Of a stretch of DNA of 48,581 nucleotides, positions 9,513 through 20,276 are shown piece after piece. The notes below the pieces were generated by a model that saw nothing but the letters and a program-made list of their open reading frames with translations, searched no databases and was not told where the DNA came from. Location of the stretch: NCBI GenBank assembly GCA_032128115.1, contig JAQBHB010000004.1:1-48581 (forward strand), given 5' to 3'. The number at the start of each line of letters is the position of its first letter. Within the stretch, counting starts at the first letter, position 1. The translations under genes and the position numbers were made by a program. The stretch comes from Deltaproteobacteria bacterium (GTDB taxonomy: Bacteria; Myxococcota_A; UBA9160; SMWR01).

Positions 9513-10949
9513 TCAGCGGCGACCCGAGCGGCCCCCGGAGCGCGACCGCCGCCTTCCGCCGCCGCCGGTCCGCGGCTTGGGGGCTTCTTCCGCCCGCGGG
9601 TCGCTCGAGGTGCGCCTGGGCTCTTCGACGGCCGTCTCGGGGCGGTGTTCCTTCAGGTAGGAGGCGCAGATGGCGGCCAGGTCTTTCTTGCCTTCCGGTG
9701 TGGAGGCCAGGAACTCCACGATCGGCACGAAGCGATCCACGTTCCAGACGCGCTCGCGCTCCGTGAGGCGGCGCACCTCCTGCTCGATCTTCACCGAGAG
9801 CCGTTCGCGAAGGCGATCGAGGATCTCCTTCTCTCCGGGGACGTCGCGCTCGCTGATTTCGATCCGGTTCACCTGCTGCACCTGGCGGAAGTTCCCGATG
9901 TCCAGGCCCGAGACCAGCGAGATGGCCACACCGGCCTTTCCCGCCCGGCCGGTGCGGCCGGTGCGGTGTACGTACACCTCGGGGGAGTCGGGCGACGAGT
10001 AGCCGATCACCATGGCCAGGTCGCTGATGTCGATGCCGCGCGCCGCCACGTCGGTGGCGACCAGGAAGCGCAGTTTCCCCGCCTTGATCTTGCCCATGGC
10101 TTCTTCGCGCGCCGCCTGGGACAGGTCGCCCGAGATCTGGTCAGCATCGAAACCGCGCCGCTGCAGGAACGACGTGACGTAACGGACGTCGCTCTTGGTA
10201 TTGCAGAAGATGATCGCGCTCTCGGGAGCATCGTGCTCCAGGATGCGCACCAGGGTCGCCTCCTTCTCCTGGGCGGTGGTCACCACGAAGAAGTGCTGGA
10301 TCTGTTGGGGCGCCAGCTGGCCCTCGGACGGGGATACGAATTGCGGGTCGTGCAAGAAGACCCGGGAGAGCGATCGCACCCGTTCGGGAATCGTGGCGGA
10401 GAACAGGCACGACTGGCGGTCCTTCGGCAGGTACGTGTTGATCTCGCGCATGTCGGGCCAGAAGCCCAGGGAGAGCAACTCGTCGGCCTCGTCCAGGACG
10501 AGGGTCCTGACGCCGGACAGATCGAGCCGCCCGGCCCCCAGGTGGTCGAGGATGCGGCCAGGCGTTCCCACCACCACGTGGGCACCCGCCTCAATGGCTT
10601 CGATCTGCGCCGCGTATCCGACCCCTCCATAGATGGGCACGGAGCGGACACCCTTGTGGCGCCCAAGGATCCCGATCTCCACCGAGACCTGGTTGGCGAG
10701 CTCCCGGGTGGGAGCCAGGGCGATGGCCTGGCAGAAGTCGAGATCCGGGTCGACGGCGGAGACGATGGGGATTCCGAAGGCCCCCGTCTTGCCACTTCCG
10801 GTGTGGGCCTGGACGATCAGGTCGATCCCCTCGCGCATGAGTGGGAGCACCCTGGCCTGCACGGGGGTGGGCTCCGACCAACCCAGGTCGCTCACTCCGC
10901 GGCGGACGGATTCTTGCAGATCGGCAAAGATCTCGGACAGTTCGGCCAT
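9513..10949 (-). CDS. DEAD-box RNA helicase
   Basis: Q motif PTPVQ, TGSGKT, PTRELA, TPGR, DEAD, SAT, ARGID, HRTGRTGRAG. Confidence 0.95.
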   Translation of the reverse strand: MAELSEIFADLQESVRRGVSDLGWSEPTPVQARVLPLMREGIDLIVQAHTGSGKTGAFGIPIVSAVDPDLDFCQAIALAPTRELANQVSVEIGILGRHKGVRSVPIYGGVGYAAQIEAIEAGAHVVVGTPGRILDHLGAGRLDLSGVRTLVLDEADELLSLGFWPDMREINTYLPKDRQSCLFSATIPERVRSLSRVFLHDPQFVSPSEGQLAPQQIQHFFVVTTAQEKEATLVRILEHDAPESAIIFCNTKSDVRYVTSFLQRRGFDADQISGDLSQAAREEAMGKIKAGKLRFLVATDVAARGIDISDLAMVIGYSSPDSPEVYVHRTGRTGRAGKAGVAISLVSGLDIGNFRQVQQVNRIEISERDVPGEKEILDRLRERLSVKIEQEVRRLTERERVWNVDRFVPIVEFLASTPEGKKDLAAICASYLKEHRPETAVEEPRRTSSDPRAEEAPKPRTGGGGRRRSRSGGRSGRR

Positions 10950-11012
10950 GGGGTCTCGCCTTGCTCTCGAGGGAGGAATGCGTCACGCTATCACGCTCCG
11001 CTCCGGGCCGCC

Positions 11013-11021
11013 TGCTACGCT
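11013..11021 (+). promoter_or_regulatory. Extended -10 element (TGnTACGCT) for a probable leaderless gatCAB transcript
   Basis: TGCTACGCT ends 7 nt before the gatC GTG; no SD sequence. Confidence 0.5.
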
Positions 11022-11028
11022 GCGGGCC

Positions 11029-11334
11029 GTGTCCCGAATCAGCCGTGAAGAAGTCGAACGGGTCGCAGCCCTCGCCCGCCTTTCCGTCACCGACGAGGAA
11101 GCCGGCCGTCTTGCGGTCGAGCTGGATCGGCTGCTCGAATACGTGGATACCCTGAATAGCCTGGACACCGAGGGTGTTGCGCCCACCTCCCACGTGATTC
11201 CCATGGCGACGCCGGTGCGCGAAGACCGGGCGGCGCCGCCCATGGATCCCGAGTTGGCCGTCGCGAACGCACCTTGTCGCGAAGGCTCGGCCTTCGTCGT
11301 TCCCAAGGTGATCGAGGGCGAGGAGGAAGGTTAG
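11029..11334 (+). CDS. gatC: Asp/Glu-tRNA amidotransferase subunit C
   Basis: ISREEVERVAALARL..LDTEGVAPT..REDR..FVVPKVI; directly upstream of gatA. Confidence 0.93.
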   Translation: MSRISREEVERVAALARLSVTDEEAGRLAVELDRLLEYVDTLNSLDTEGVAPTSHVIPMATPVREDRAAPPMDPELAVANAPCREGSAFVVPKVIEGEEEG

Positions 11335-12801
11335 GTGCCGGCGCCCCCGGGCACGCTGCAATCGGGTCGCGACGACCTCGATGCAGGGCGGGTCTCCTCG
11401 GTCGAGTTGGTGGATGCGGCGCTCGCGCGCGCGGAGGGCAGCGGGGCGGAGCTCAACGCCTTCGTCGGCATGCGGGCGGAACGCGCGCGTGCCGAAGCCA
11501 CGGAGGCGGATGCTCGCCGCGCACGTGGCGAGCGTCGCTCACCCATGGACGGAATCCCCGTCGCCATCAAGGACAACATGGTGGAGATGGGCGAGCCCAC
11601 GACCGCGGGCTCGGCGATCCTGGAAGGCTTCGTGTCGCCCTACACCTCGACGGTGGTGGAGCGACTACAGGCCGCGGGCGCGGTGGTGATCGGGCGCACG
11701 AACCTGGACGAATTCGCCATGGGCTCCTCGACGGAGCACTCGTGCTTTGGTCCCACGCACAATCCCTGGGATCGCGAACGCACACCCGGGGGCTCGTCGG
11801 GCGGATCCGCGGCCGCGGTGGCGGCAGGCATCGTGCCCGCGGCCCTGGGGAGCGATACCGGCGGCTCGATCCGCCAGCCGGCGGCTCTGTGCGGCGTGGT
11901 CGGCATCAAACCCAGCTACGGCCGCGTGTCGCGCTTTGGGCTGGTGGCATTCGCATCGTCCCTGGACCAGATCGGCGGCTTCGCCCACACCGCCGCCGAC
12001 ACCGCCTGGGTGCTCGAGGCGATTGCCGGTCACGACCCGAAGGATTCCACCTCGCTGCACGAGCCGGTGCCGCGCTACAGCGAAGCGCTCACTGGAGATG
12101 TGTCGGGTCTGGTGGTGGGGCTGCCGCGGGAGTATTTCGTAGAAGACGGCGTCGATCCGGGGGTGCTGTCGGCGGTGCGCGAGGCCGTGGCCGAACTCGA
12201 GCGCGCCGGCGCCGTGGTGCGCGAGGTGTCGCTCCCCCACACGGCCTATGCGGTGGCCGCCTACTACCTGATCGCCACCGCCGAGGCGTCCAGCAACCTC
12301 GCCCGCTACGACGGCGTACGCTATGGCCACCGCGCGGCCGACAGCAACGGTCTCACCGACATGTACGAGCGCACGCGTTCCGAGGGATTTGGCGCCGAGG
12401 TGAAGCGTCGCATCGTGCTCGGCACCTATGTGCTCTCGGCCGGCTACTACGAAGCGTACTACCGAAAGGCCCAGCAGGTGCGAACTCTCCTGCGCCGCGA
12501 TTTCGACGAGGCGTTCCGCGATTGCGATCTGATCGCAACTCCCACGTGTCCGGAGACGGCCTTCCGCCTGGCCGAAAAGACGGACGATCCCCTGCGCATG
12601 TATCTGTCGGACGTCTACACCGTGTCGGCGCCCCTGGCGGGCATCCCGGGCCTGTCGGTGCCCTGCGGGTTGTCCGACGGGCTGCCGGTGGGGCTGCAGC
12701 TGCTGGGACCGGTTCTCGGTGAGGCGGTCCTGCTGCGCGCCGCCGACGCCTTCCAGGGGCTGACCGATCACCACACGCTTCGCCCCCCGGAGACTCCGTG
12801 A
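11335..12801 (+). CDS. gatA: Asp/Glu-tRNA amidotransferase subunit A
   Basis: Amidase signature [42 protein letters not shown]. Confidence 0.97.
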   Translation: MPAPPGTLQSGRDDLDAGRVSSVELVDAALARAEGSGAELNAFVGMRAERARAEATEADARRARGERRSPMDGIPVAIKDNMVEMGEPTTAGSAILEGFVSPYTSTVVERLQAAGAVVIGRTNLDEFAMGSSTEHSCFGPTHNPWDRERTPGGSSGGSAAAVAAGIVPAALGSDTGGSIRQPAALCGVVGIKPSYGRVSRFGLVAFASSLDQIGGFAHTAADTAWVLEAIAGHDPKDSTSLHEPVPRYSEALTGDVSGLVVGLPREYFVEDGVDPGVLSAVREAVAELERAGAVVREVSLPHTAYAVAAYYLIATAEASSNLARYDGVRYGHRAADSNGLTDMYERTRSEGFGAEVKRRIVLGTYVLSAGYYEAYYRKAQQVRTLLRRDFDEAFRDCDLIATPTCPETAFRLAEKTDDPLRMYLSDVYTVSAPLAGIPGLSVPCGLSDGLPVGLQLLGPVLGEAVLLRAADAFQGLTDHHTLRPPETP

Positions 12802-14267
12802 CCCGGTCCCCCCACCCGGACTACGAGGTGGTGATCGGGCTCGAGGTGCACACCCACCTGCGCACCGAGAGCAAGCTCTTCAGCCCCGCTCCCGTGACCT
12901 ACGGTGAGGAGCCGAACCACAGCGTGCACCCCATCTGCCTGGCGCTTCCCGGAGTGCTGCCCGTGCTGAACGATCGGGCCGTGGAGTTCGCGATCCGCGC
13001 GGGCCTCGCCACCCATTGCAAGATCCACACTCGTTCGGTGTTCGCGCGCAAGAACTACTTCTATCCGGATCTACCCAAGGGCTACCAGATCTCGCAGTAC
13101 GAGGAGCCGGTAGCCACCGGTGGCTGGATCGAGATTCCGGTCGAGGACGGGGGTATCCGGCGGATCGGGATCACGCGCATCCACATGGAGGAAGACGCGG
13201 GAAAGTCGATCCACGACGCCGCAATCGCGGGCGACGCCACCCACGTGGACCTGAACCGCGCCGGCGTACCGCTGCTCGAAATCGTGTCGGAGCCCGACCT
13301 GCGATCGCCCGCGGAAGCGGGGACGTATCTGCGCAGCCTGCGTTCGTTCCTGCGCTACATCCAGGTCTCCGACGCGGATCTCGAGAAGGGCCAATTTCGC
13401 TGCGACGCGAACCTTTCGCTGCGCCGCCACGGCGAGTCGCTCCTGGGGATCCGCACGGAGCTGAAGAACCTGAATTCGTTCCGGTTCGTCGAGTCGGCCC
13501 TCGAGGCAGAGATCGAACGCCAGGCCGGGATCCTGGACGCTGGGGGTCAGGTGGTGCAGGCGACCCTGGCCTACGACGCCGCGACCCATCGCACCCGGGT
13601 GCTCCGCCTCAAGGAGAACGCCGACGATTACCGCTACTTCCCGGATCCAGATCTGGTTCCGCTGGTGATCCCCGAGGAGCGCATCGAGCGGATCCGGGCC
13701 GAACTGCCGGAGCTTGGCGACGCCAAACGAGAGCGCTTCGTAACCCAGTATGGACTCCCGGAGTACGACGCCCGCCTGCTCACCGCGAGTCGCTCCCTGG
13801 CGGACTTCTTCGAGGCGGCGGTTTCGGCGTACGACACCGCGAAGCCCGTGGCCAACTGGATCCTGCGCGATGTGCAGCAGGCCCTGGGCGAGCGCGATCT
13901 GGAGATCGAGGACGCGAAACTCACGCCCGGGGCGCTGGCGGCCCTGATCCGCCTGGTGGACGAAGGCGCCACCACCGTCCAGAGCGCCCGGGGGCTGGTG
14001 CCGGAACTGGTGGAACGGGGCGGCGATCCGGAAGCCCTGGTGCGCGAGGGCGGACTCGAAGCGGTTTCCGACTCGGACGTTCTCGGGCAGGCGGTCGATC
14101 AGGTACTGCGCGATCACGCAGACGACGCGGATCGCTACCGGGGTGGCGAGACCCGGGTCCTGAACTTCCTGATGGGGCAGGTGATGCGGCAGACCGGGGG
14201 CAAGGCCAACCCGGGCGTCGTCCGCGAACTCCTGGTCCGCAAGCTCGAGAGCCAGGCGTGTCCGTAA
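12798..14267 (+). CDS. gatB: Asp/Glu-tRNA amidotransferase subunit B
   Basis: [49 protein letters not shown]. Confidence 0.97.
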   Translation: MTRSPHPDYEVVIGLEVHTHLRTESKLFSPAPVTYGEEPNHSVHPICLALPGVLPVLNDRAVEFAIRAGLATHCKIHTRSVFARKNYFYPDLPKGYQISQYEEPVATGGWIEIPVEDGGIRRIGITRIHMEEDAGKSIHDAAIAGDATHVDLNRAGVPLLEIVSEPDLRSPAEAGTYLRSLRSFLRYIQVSDADLEKGQFRCDANLSLRRHGESLLGIRTELKNLNSFRFVESALEAEIERQAGILDAGGQVVQATLAYDAATHRTRVLRLKENADDYRYFPDPDLVPLVIPEERIERIRAELPELGDAKRERFVTQYGLPEYDARLLTASRSLADFFEAAVSAYDTAKPVANWILRDVQQALGERDLEIEDAKLTPGALAALIRLVDEGATTVQSARGLVPELVERGGDPEALVREGGLEAVSDSDVLGQAVDQVLRDHADDADRYRGGETRVLNFLMGQVMRQTGGKANPGVVRELLVRKLESQACP

Positions 14268-16360
14268 TTCGGCGCGTGGCTCTCGCGCTCGTGCTGGTCT
14301 TCCTGTTGTTGCTCGGTGCGGCCGAGCTGAGCCTGCCTCGGATCCTGAACAGCGAAACCGTTCGCGAACAGGTGGTGGCGCTGGTGGAAAAGGCCCTGGG
14401 ACGTGATGCCCACTACGAGAGCGTCCACCATGCCTACTTTCCCCTGGCGCTGGTGGTGGAACGCCCGATGCTGGCGGGGCGCGAGCCGGGCACCCCGCCC
14501 CAGGTGGCGGCGAAGAGGGTCTCCCTCTACCTGTCGGTCCTCCCCCTGTTCCGCGGTCAGATGGTGGTGAGGCGTTGCGCCCTGGACGAACCCCATTTCC
14601 GGATCACCCGCACGAGCGAGGGCATCGAACTCGCCGAGGCGCTGAAGATCCCCGACTTCCCGGACCCGGTGGGCGAAGAACCCGCTGCACTGTCGCTGCA
14701 ACACCTCGAGATTCGAAGCGGCAGCGTGATGTACGAGGATCTGACCGACGATCCCCCGTTCCGGATCCATCTGGTGGACCTGAGTGGCCACATCAATGGT
14801 CAGAGGAGCGACGCGCCGTTCGATTTCGAGGCACGCGCAAGGCTCGCCAGTGGAGGCGCAGTGTCGGCCGCGGGCCAATTCACGCGCTCCGGAGACGTGA
14901 GTGCCGGCGCCACCCTCGAGAGTGTGGATCCGGCGCCGTTCCGACCGCTTCTGCAGGAGGTCTGGAGTTTCGAGGGGAGCCGCGCCTCGGGGACCCTGGA
15001 GTTCGATCTCGCCGACGGGAAGCCGCCTCGTCTGGGCCTGGATCTCGTGTTCGATGGGGGCGACGTCGGCGTGGATCGGCTGGTGTTTCGCGGCCCGGTG
15101 GCCGTGGCCGCCGAGCTTTTCTGGCAGGGGGACGGCGTCGTGAAGGGCCCGGTGGCCGTGGACGCCACGGCCGCCCGGGTCGCATACGGCGACGCCTTCG
15201 TAAAGCACCCGGGCGCCGACGCCACTGGCACGGCCCGGGTCACGATCGAGCCCGGCGTCGTTGCATTCGACGACGTCCACCTGCGGATCCGCAACCAGGT
15301 GGCAGAGGGCAGCGTCCGCCTGGGCGACTCCACGCGGGTCGAGGCGCGGATCCCCGAGTTCGACGTGGACGGCTTGGAGACCTCGATCCCCGCGCTCGAG
15401 GGCTACGCAATTTCGGGTCCGATGAGCGCCGAGCTCTCGATCGAGACGCGTCCGCGCCGCGTGCGGGGCGAGCTGCGGGTGGATGGCGTGCACGTGGCGC
15501 TGGCGGATCGCGGCGAGATCGTGCTGCGCGGAAGGGCGATGGGGGAGGGGGACACGATTCGCAGCGACGGCCTCGAGATCGGCATCGGAGACGTGTCGTT
15601 CCCGATCTATCTGGTGATCTCGGGCCTCGGGCGCAAGCCGCACTACCGACTGGGCTTCCAGGCCGTGGACACCGATGCCAACCAGTGGATGTCCACCTTC
15701 TCGACCGCGCGCGACGTCCTCTACGGCAGGTTCACGATCGAAGCCGACCTGACCGGTTCCATCGACCCGGGAACCCCGCTGCTCGACGGCGTTTCGGGTC
15801 CCGCCCGGGCGGAGATCCTGGACGGTCGGTTGGAGGGCGCGTCGTTGCTACATGCCACCTTCGATCGCCTGGGCGCCGTGAGAACGGCGGGGTCGGCCGT
15901 CGCCGATCTGGGGCGGTTCTTCCGGGGAGAGCACGTGGAGGAGCTCTACAGCGAGGAGTTCCAGTCGATCGGCGGCCACTTCCAGTTCAGCGACGGGCGG
16001 GCTCACACCGACGACCTGCGCTTCGTCTACCACAATTTCACTGCGGAACTGAGGGGGGACATCGAGCTTTCGAGTCTTGCCCTCGACATGAACGGCAGTC
16101 TCACTCTGGGCGAGCAGATCGATTTGGCGCTGTTCAATCGCCTGCCCCTGGGAAGCCTGTTGCTTGGCAAGGACCGCACGATCCCGTTGGCGGCCGTGAG
16201 AGGGACCCTGCTCGAGCCCCGCGTCGAGGTGCACGACGACTGGATCGCCAACATGGCCCTGGCCGTAGCCAGGATGCCGGTGGACCGCGCACTGGATGCC
16301 GTCCGGGGCGCCATCGCGCTGCCCTCGGGAGGGGCCCCGAGGAAGCCCGAGGAGCCCTGA
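14258..16360 (+). CDS. AsmA-like bridge/lipid-transport protein
   Basis: N-terminal TM anchor, long beta-rich body, AsmA-like C-terminus (FQSIGGHFQFSDGRAHTDDL..IPLAAVRGTLLEPRV). GTG start overlaps the gatB end. Confidence 0.75.
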   Translation: MSVIRRVALALVLVFLLLLGAAELSLPRILNSETVREQVVALVEKALGRDAHYESVHHAYFPLALVVERPMLAGREPGTPPQVAAKRVSLYLSVLPLFRGQMVVRRCALDEPHFRITRTSEGIELAEALKIPDFPDPVGEEPAALSLQHLEIRSGSVMYEDLTDDPPFRIHLVDLSGHINGQRSDAPFDFEARARLASGGAVSAAGQFTRSGDVSAGATLESVDPAPFRPLLQEVWSFEGSRASGTLEFDLADGKPPRLGLDLVFDGGDVGVDRLVFRGPVAVAAELFWQGDGVVKGPVAVDATAARVAYGDAFVKHPGADATGTARVTIEPGVVAFDDVHLRIRNQVAEGSVRLGDSTRVEARIPEFDVDGLETSIPALEGYAISGPMSAELSIETRPRRVRGELRVDGVHVALADRGEIVLRGRAMGEGDTIRSDGLEIGIGDVSFPIYLVISGLGRKPHYRLGFQAVDTDANQWMSTFSTARDVLYGRFTIEADLTGSIDPGTPLLDGVSGPARAEILDGRLEGASLLHATFDRLGAVRTAGSAVADLGRFFRGEHVEELYSEEFQSIGGHFQFSDGRAHTDDLRFVYHNFTAELRGDIELSSLALDMNGSLTLGEQIDLALFNRLPLGSLLLGKDRTIPLAAVRGTLLEPRVEVHDDWIANMALAVARMPVDRALDAVRGAIALPSGGAPRKPEEP

Positions 16361-16413
16361 ATCCGCGTCTTCGGTCCCGGGCGCGTCTGGCCGATAGAGG
16401 CAACCGAGGGATC

Positions 16414-18621
16414 ATGCCCGGAACCATTCTCTGCGCCGACAACGACCGGAGTCTTTGCCAGATCCTCGCTCGCGCCCTGGGCGAGGAGGGCCATCGCGTG
16501 CTGACCGCCCACGACGGCGAGCAGGCCCTGGCCCTGCTGTACGAGGAGGCGCCGGACCTGGCGCTGCTCGACCTGTTGCTGCCCCGTATGGACGGCTTCG
16601 GGGCCCTGGAGCAGTTGCGCGCGGGCGACTCGTCCCTGGCCCAGACGCCCGTGGTGCTGCTATCGGCCTGCGCCATCACCGAGGAGTATCGCCAGCGCGC
16701 CCTGGGGCTCGACGCGTTGCTGCTGGCGAAGCCGGTTCCGCTGAAGGATCTGCTCGCGGTGGCGGAGGAGTGCGTGGCCAAGGCCCGGGCGGCGGCCGCG
16801 ACCGAGCCGGAGCCGGCCCCTGGGGCGAAGCCCCAGGCCGAGGCCAGAGCCCTGCCCGCGTCCAGAGCCGAGCCCGCGTCCAGAGCCGAGCCCGAGACCC
16901 GAAGCTCGCATGGCGCCGAGCTGACCGGCTCTCTCGAGAAGCTTCCGTTCCCCGCCCTCCTGCACCACTTGCACGGCCTGCGCGCATCCGGCGTGCTCCA
17001 CCTGGAGTGCGGCAAGAAGCGCAAATGGATCCAGATTCGCAGCGGTCACCCGGTGGCCGTGCGCTCGAACATCGTGCACGAGTGCCTGGGGAATCATCTG
17101 CTGCGCTCGGGTCGGATCGGCAAGGAGATTCTCGACGAATCGCTGCGTCGCATGAAGCAGAGCCAGGGCATGCTCCAGGGCGAAATGCTCGTGGCCATGC
17201 ACGTGCTCTCGGAAGACGAGCTGTCGAGCGCATTGCGCGACCAGGCCGAGGACAAGCTCTTCGAAATCTTCGCCTGGGAGGAGGGCAGCTTCCGCTTCGA
17301 GTTCAACGGGCGTCTCCAACGCGCCAACTCATTAGGCGTGGAGCGCAGCCCTGCCAACCTGATCCTGCACGGCGTTCGAAACTTCTCCCCGCGCGACCGC
17401 GTGAGCGACTATCTGGAGTCGAACTGCGCCCGCTATGTGGCGCCCTCCGAGAGCCCGTTCTACCGCTTCCAGGACATCCAGCTGGATACGGCCGAGAAGG
17501 CCCTGCTCCGGGTGGACGGCAAGCGCACGCTCGGCGAACTGGCCGGCGATGACGAGGATCTGGGGCGGGCGATCTACGCGCTGACATCGGCGGGAATGCT
17601 CGACCTGCGCGACGAGCCCCTGGAGGGATCGTTCGAGCCGGAACTCGAGCTCGACGACGGGGAGCCCCTGGAGCTTCACGAATTGGTCGAGACAAGGCCG
17701 GCCGAGTCGCCCGAGCTGCTGGTGCAGCGCGCCGAGTTGGTGGCCATGGCCCAATCCTTCCCGAACCAGGCGCCTCACGAGATCCTGGGAGTCGCGGAGG
17801 ACGCCTCCGACCGCGAAGTTCGCGAGGCCTACGAGTGGCTGGCCAAGCGCGTGCATCCGGATGGGGTCATCGGAGCCGGAGGCTCGGTCGCGCGCCTGGC
17901 CAACGACGTGTTCTCGCAGGTGACCGCTGCGTACCAGACGCTGAGAGCCGAGCGCCGGAGCCGCCGCCGTTCCGACCAGGATCGGGCCTACCGGGAAACC
18001 CTGGTGCAGGAGGCCGTCCGGGTGAGATTGCAGAGCCGGATCGCGGAGGCGCCGGCGGAAACGACCGAAGTCGAAGCACCGCTGGCGCAAACACAGGAGA
18101 AGCGCGAATCGAAGACGCGCCGCGCCTCACCCGAGAGCCGGGAGGCGGCCGGGCCCGCGGTTCCCGATCGGCGCACGAGTCCGCGTCGGGAAGAGGATCG
18201 CAAGGCGTTGGAAGCCGAAGAGTTGTTCCAGGAGGGCGATCGGGCCATGAAGTCCGGCGACTGCGAGAGCGCCAAGCGCGCTTTCGGGCGGGCGACGCGG
18301 CTGCAGCCCGAGGAGTGGGAGTACCTCGCCTACTTCGGCTACTCGATCCACCTGTGCAAACCCGAAGACGAGATGGCCACCAAGAAGGCGCGGCTCGTGG
18401 TGCAAGATGCCATCAAGCTGGCAGGAGATCACGAGAAGCCCTACCTCTTCATGGGGCGTCTCTGCCAGGCCAGCGGTCGTTTCGAAGCGGCCCAGAAGAT
18501 GTTCATGCGCGCCGTGGCGATTCAGCCCAGCTGCGTCGAGGCCCAGCGCGAGCTGCGCCTGCTGGACATGCGGATGCGCAAGGCGAAGAAGGGAATCCTG
18601 GGACGCTTGATCGGCGGCTGA
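16414..18621 (+). CDS. Response regulator with DUF4388-like, DnaJ (HPD) and TPR domains
   Basis: REC (ADND, LLDLLLPRMDG, KP), DUF4388-like (GSLEKLPFPALL..SGVL..FAWEEGSFRF), J domain (EILGV..KRVHPD), C-terminal TPRs. Confidence 0.8.
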   Translation: MPGTILCADNDRSLCQILARALGEEGHRVLTAHDGEQALALLYEEAPDLALLDLLLPRMDGFGALEQLRAGDSSLAQTPVVLLSACAITEEYRQRALGLDALLLAKPVPLKDLLAVAEECVAKARAAAATEPEPAPGAKPQAEARALPASRAEPASRAEPETRSSHGAELTGSLEKLPFPALLHHLHGLRASGVLHLECGKKRKWIQIRSGHPVAVRSNIVHECLGNHLLRSGRIGKEILDESLRRMKQSQGMLQGEMLVAMHVLSEDELSSALRDQAEDKLFEIFAWEEGSFRFEFNGRLQRANSLGVERSPANLILHGVRNFSPRDRVSDYLESNCARYVAPSESPFYRFQDIQLDTAEKALLRVDGKRTLGELAGDDEDLGRAIYALTSAGMLDLRDEPLEGSFEPELELDDGEPLELHELVETRPAESPELLVQRAELVAMAQSFPNQAPHEILGVAEDASDREVREAYEWLAKRVHPDGVIGAGGSVARLANDVFSQVTAAYQTLRAERRSRRRSDQDRAYRETLVQEAVRVRLQSRIAEAPAETTEVEAPLAQTQEKRESKTRRASPESREAAGPAVPDRRTSPRREEDRKALEAEELFQEGDRAMKSGDCESAKRAFGRATRLQPEEWEYLAYFGYSIHLCKPEDEMATKKARLVVQDAIKLAGDHEKPYLFMGRLCQASGRFEAAQKMFMRAVAIQPSCVEAQRELRLLDMRMRKAKKGILGRLIGG

Positions 18622-18663
18622 CCGGCGGCGGATCCGGGTCGTGCCCAGGGGGAGCCGACGCCG

Positions 18664-19641
18664 ATGACGACGAGCGCGACCGCGACTTCCGGAGCCGGCA
18701 TCCAGGGGGTCGGCATCCAGGGAACCGGCATCCACGGAGAGGCCATCTGGCTCGACGGCCGCTTCGTGCCCTGGGCCGACGCCCGCGTCCACATCCTCAC
18801 CCACACGCTGCACTACGGGCTCGGGGTCTTCGAGGGGATTCGCTGCTACCGCACCGTCGACGATCGCTCGGCCATCTTCCGCCTGGGCGACCACATCCGT
18901 CGGCTGTTCGAGTCCGCCCACATCAACATGCTCGAGATCCCGTTCTCACGCGATGAGATCCAGGAGGCCTGCCGGGAATGCCTGCGACGAAACGGGCTCG
19001 ACCGGGGCTACATCCGCCCGCTGGTCTTCCTGGGCGACGGTGAGATGGGGCTCAACCCGGGCAACAACCCGGTGCGCGTGTCTGTGATCGCATGGCCGTG
19101 GGGCAAGTACCTGGGAGAAGAGGGGCTCGAGCGGGGCATTCGCGCCAAGATCTCGAGCTTCGCGCGCCACCACGTGAATGCCAAGATGACCCTGGGCAAG
19201 ACCTGCGGCGACTATGTGAATTCGATCCTCGCCAAGCGCGAGGCGCTGTTGGACGGTTACGACGAGGCCATCATGCTCGACGTGAACGGCCTGGTCTCCG
19301 AGGCCAGCGGCGAGAACGTCTTCGTCGTGCGCGATGGCGTGCTGCGCACGCCGTCGCTGCACTCGGTGCTCGACGGGCTGACCCGCTCGACGGTGATCGA
19401 ACTCGCCCGCGACAAGGGCATCCGCGTCGAGGAGAGGTCCATCACCCGCGACGAACTCTACGTGGCCGACGAACTGTTCCTGACCGGAACCGCGGCCGAG
19501 GTGACTCCCATCCGCGAGGTCGATCGCCGCAGCGTCGGTGCCGGCACTCGCGGTCCCGTCACGAAGCTCCTGCAGGCGGCGTTCTTCGACGCGGTGAGCG
19601 GCCGGGATTCGAAGTACGAGCGCTGGCTGGATTTCATCTAG
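18664..19641 (+). CDS. ilvE: Branched-chain amino acid aminotransferase
   Basis: HTLHYGLGVFEGIRCY, YIRPL, EASGENVF, LFLTGTAAEVTPI. Confidence 0.95.
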   Translation: MTTSATATSGAGIQGVGIQGTGIHGEAIWLDGRFVPWADARVHILTHTLHYGLGVFEGIRCYRTVDDRSAIFRLGDHIRRLFESAHINMLEIPFSRDEIQEACRECLRRNGLDRGYIRPLVFLGDGEMGLNPGNNPVRVSVIAWPWGKYLGEEGLERGIRAKISSFARHHVNAKMTLGKTCGDYVNSILAKREALLDGYDEAIMLDVNGLVSEASGENVFVVRDGVLRTPSLHSVLDGLTRSTVIELARDKGIRVEERSITRDELYVADELFLTGTAAEVTPIREVDRRSVGAGTRGPVTKLLQAAFFDAVSGRDSKYERWLDFI

Positions 19642-19654
19642 ATCGGCCTCTCTG

Positions 19655-19683
19655 TTGCACGTTGTATCACAATGTAATACGTT
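19655..19683 (+). promoter_or_regulatory. Sigma70-type promoter with overlapping palindromic operator
   Basis: TTGCAC-N17-TACGTT, with the inverted repeat GTATCACA-A-TGTAATAC (19664-19680) in the spacer and -10. Confidence 0.65.
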
Positions 19684-19717
19684 GGCGGTGCCGTTCGATC
19701 CAAGGAGGCACCGGACC

Positions 19718-20215
19718 ATGATGGAAGAAGACACCCACGGCCGCCGCCGCCGCCACGCAGGCCGCAAAGAGCACATTCTCCACACCCGCATCTCCGACGA
19801 CCTGGCCGAGGACATCCGGCGCCTGGCCGACGACCTGCGGGTGCCGGCCTCGAATCTGGTGCGAAATGTGCTGGAAGAGGCCTTCAGCGTGGTGGAGACG
19901 GTCACCGACAACGTGGGCGAGTTCGTGGACGAAGTGGTGGAGGAGGCCGCCCGCGCCCGGGCGCGCATGCGGCACCGGCGCTCCCGCAGCGGCTTGCGCC
20001 GGCGACCCGTGAGCGACCCGGCAGTCGATGCGCCCGAGCGCGCCGAGTTCCCCGAGGTGGTGGGCTGGCAGCCCCTGATCCTGAACCGGACGCAGAGCTG
20101 CGCCGACTGCGAGGAGTCGCTGGAACGCGGCGAGGAGGCCTTCGTGGGGCTCGGAGCCACAGGTCTCACTCCCACCTACCTCTGTTCCGACTGCACCGAG
20201 GTCCGCCAGCGCTGA
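19718..20215 (+). CDS. Putative ribbon-helix-helix regulator with C-terminal CxxC..CxxC zinc finger
   Basis: ILHTRISDDLAEDIRRLADDLRVPASNLVRNVLEEA fits an RHH pattern; CADC and CSDC; AAGGAGG SD at 19702-19708. Confidence 0.6.
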   Translation: MMEEDTHGRRRRHAGRKEHILHTRISDDLAEDIRRLADDLRVPASNLVRNVLEEAFSVVETVTDNVGEFVDEVVEEAARARARMRHRRSRSGLRRRPVSDPAVDAPERAEFPEVVGWQPLILNRTQSCADCEESLERGEEAFVGLGATGLTPTYLCSDCTEVRQR

Positions 20216-20276
20216 AAGCCCCCTGGGACACTCAGTTTTCCTGGCCCCGCAGCCGATGGGGCTATGGGGGATTGTT

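Noticed and set aside
13016..16413. Long N-terminal extensions of the 1114-aa and 1348-aa ORFs
   Set aside because: They overlap gatB and the AsmA-like gene in other frames and are low-complexity R/G/P-rich; likely starts are 14258 and 16414.
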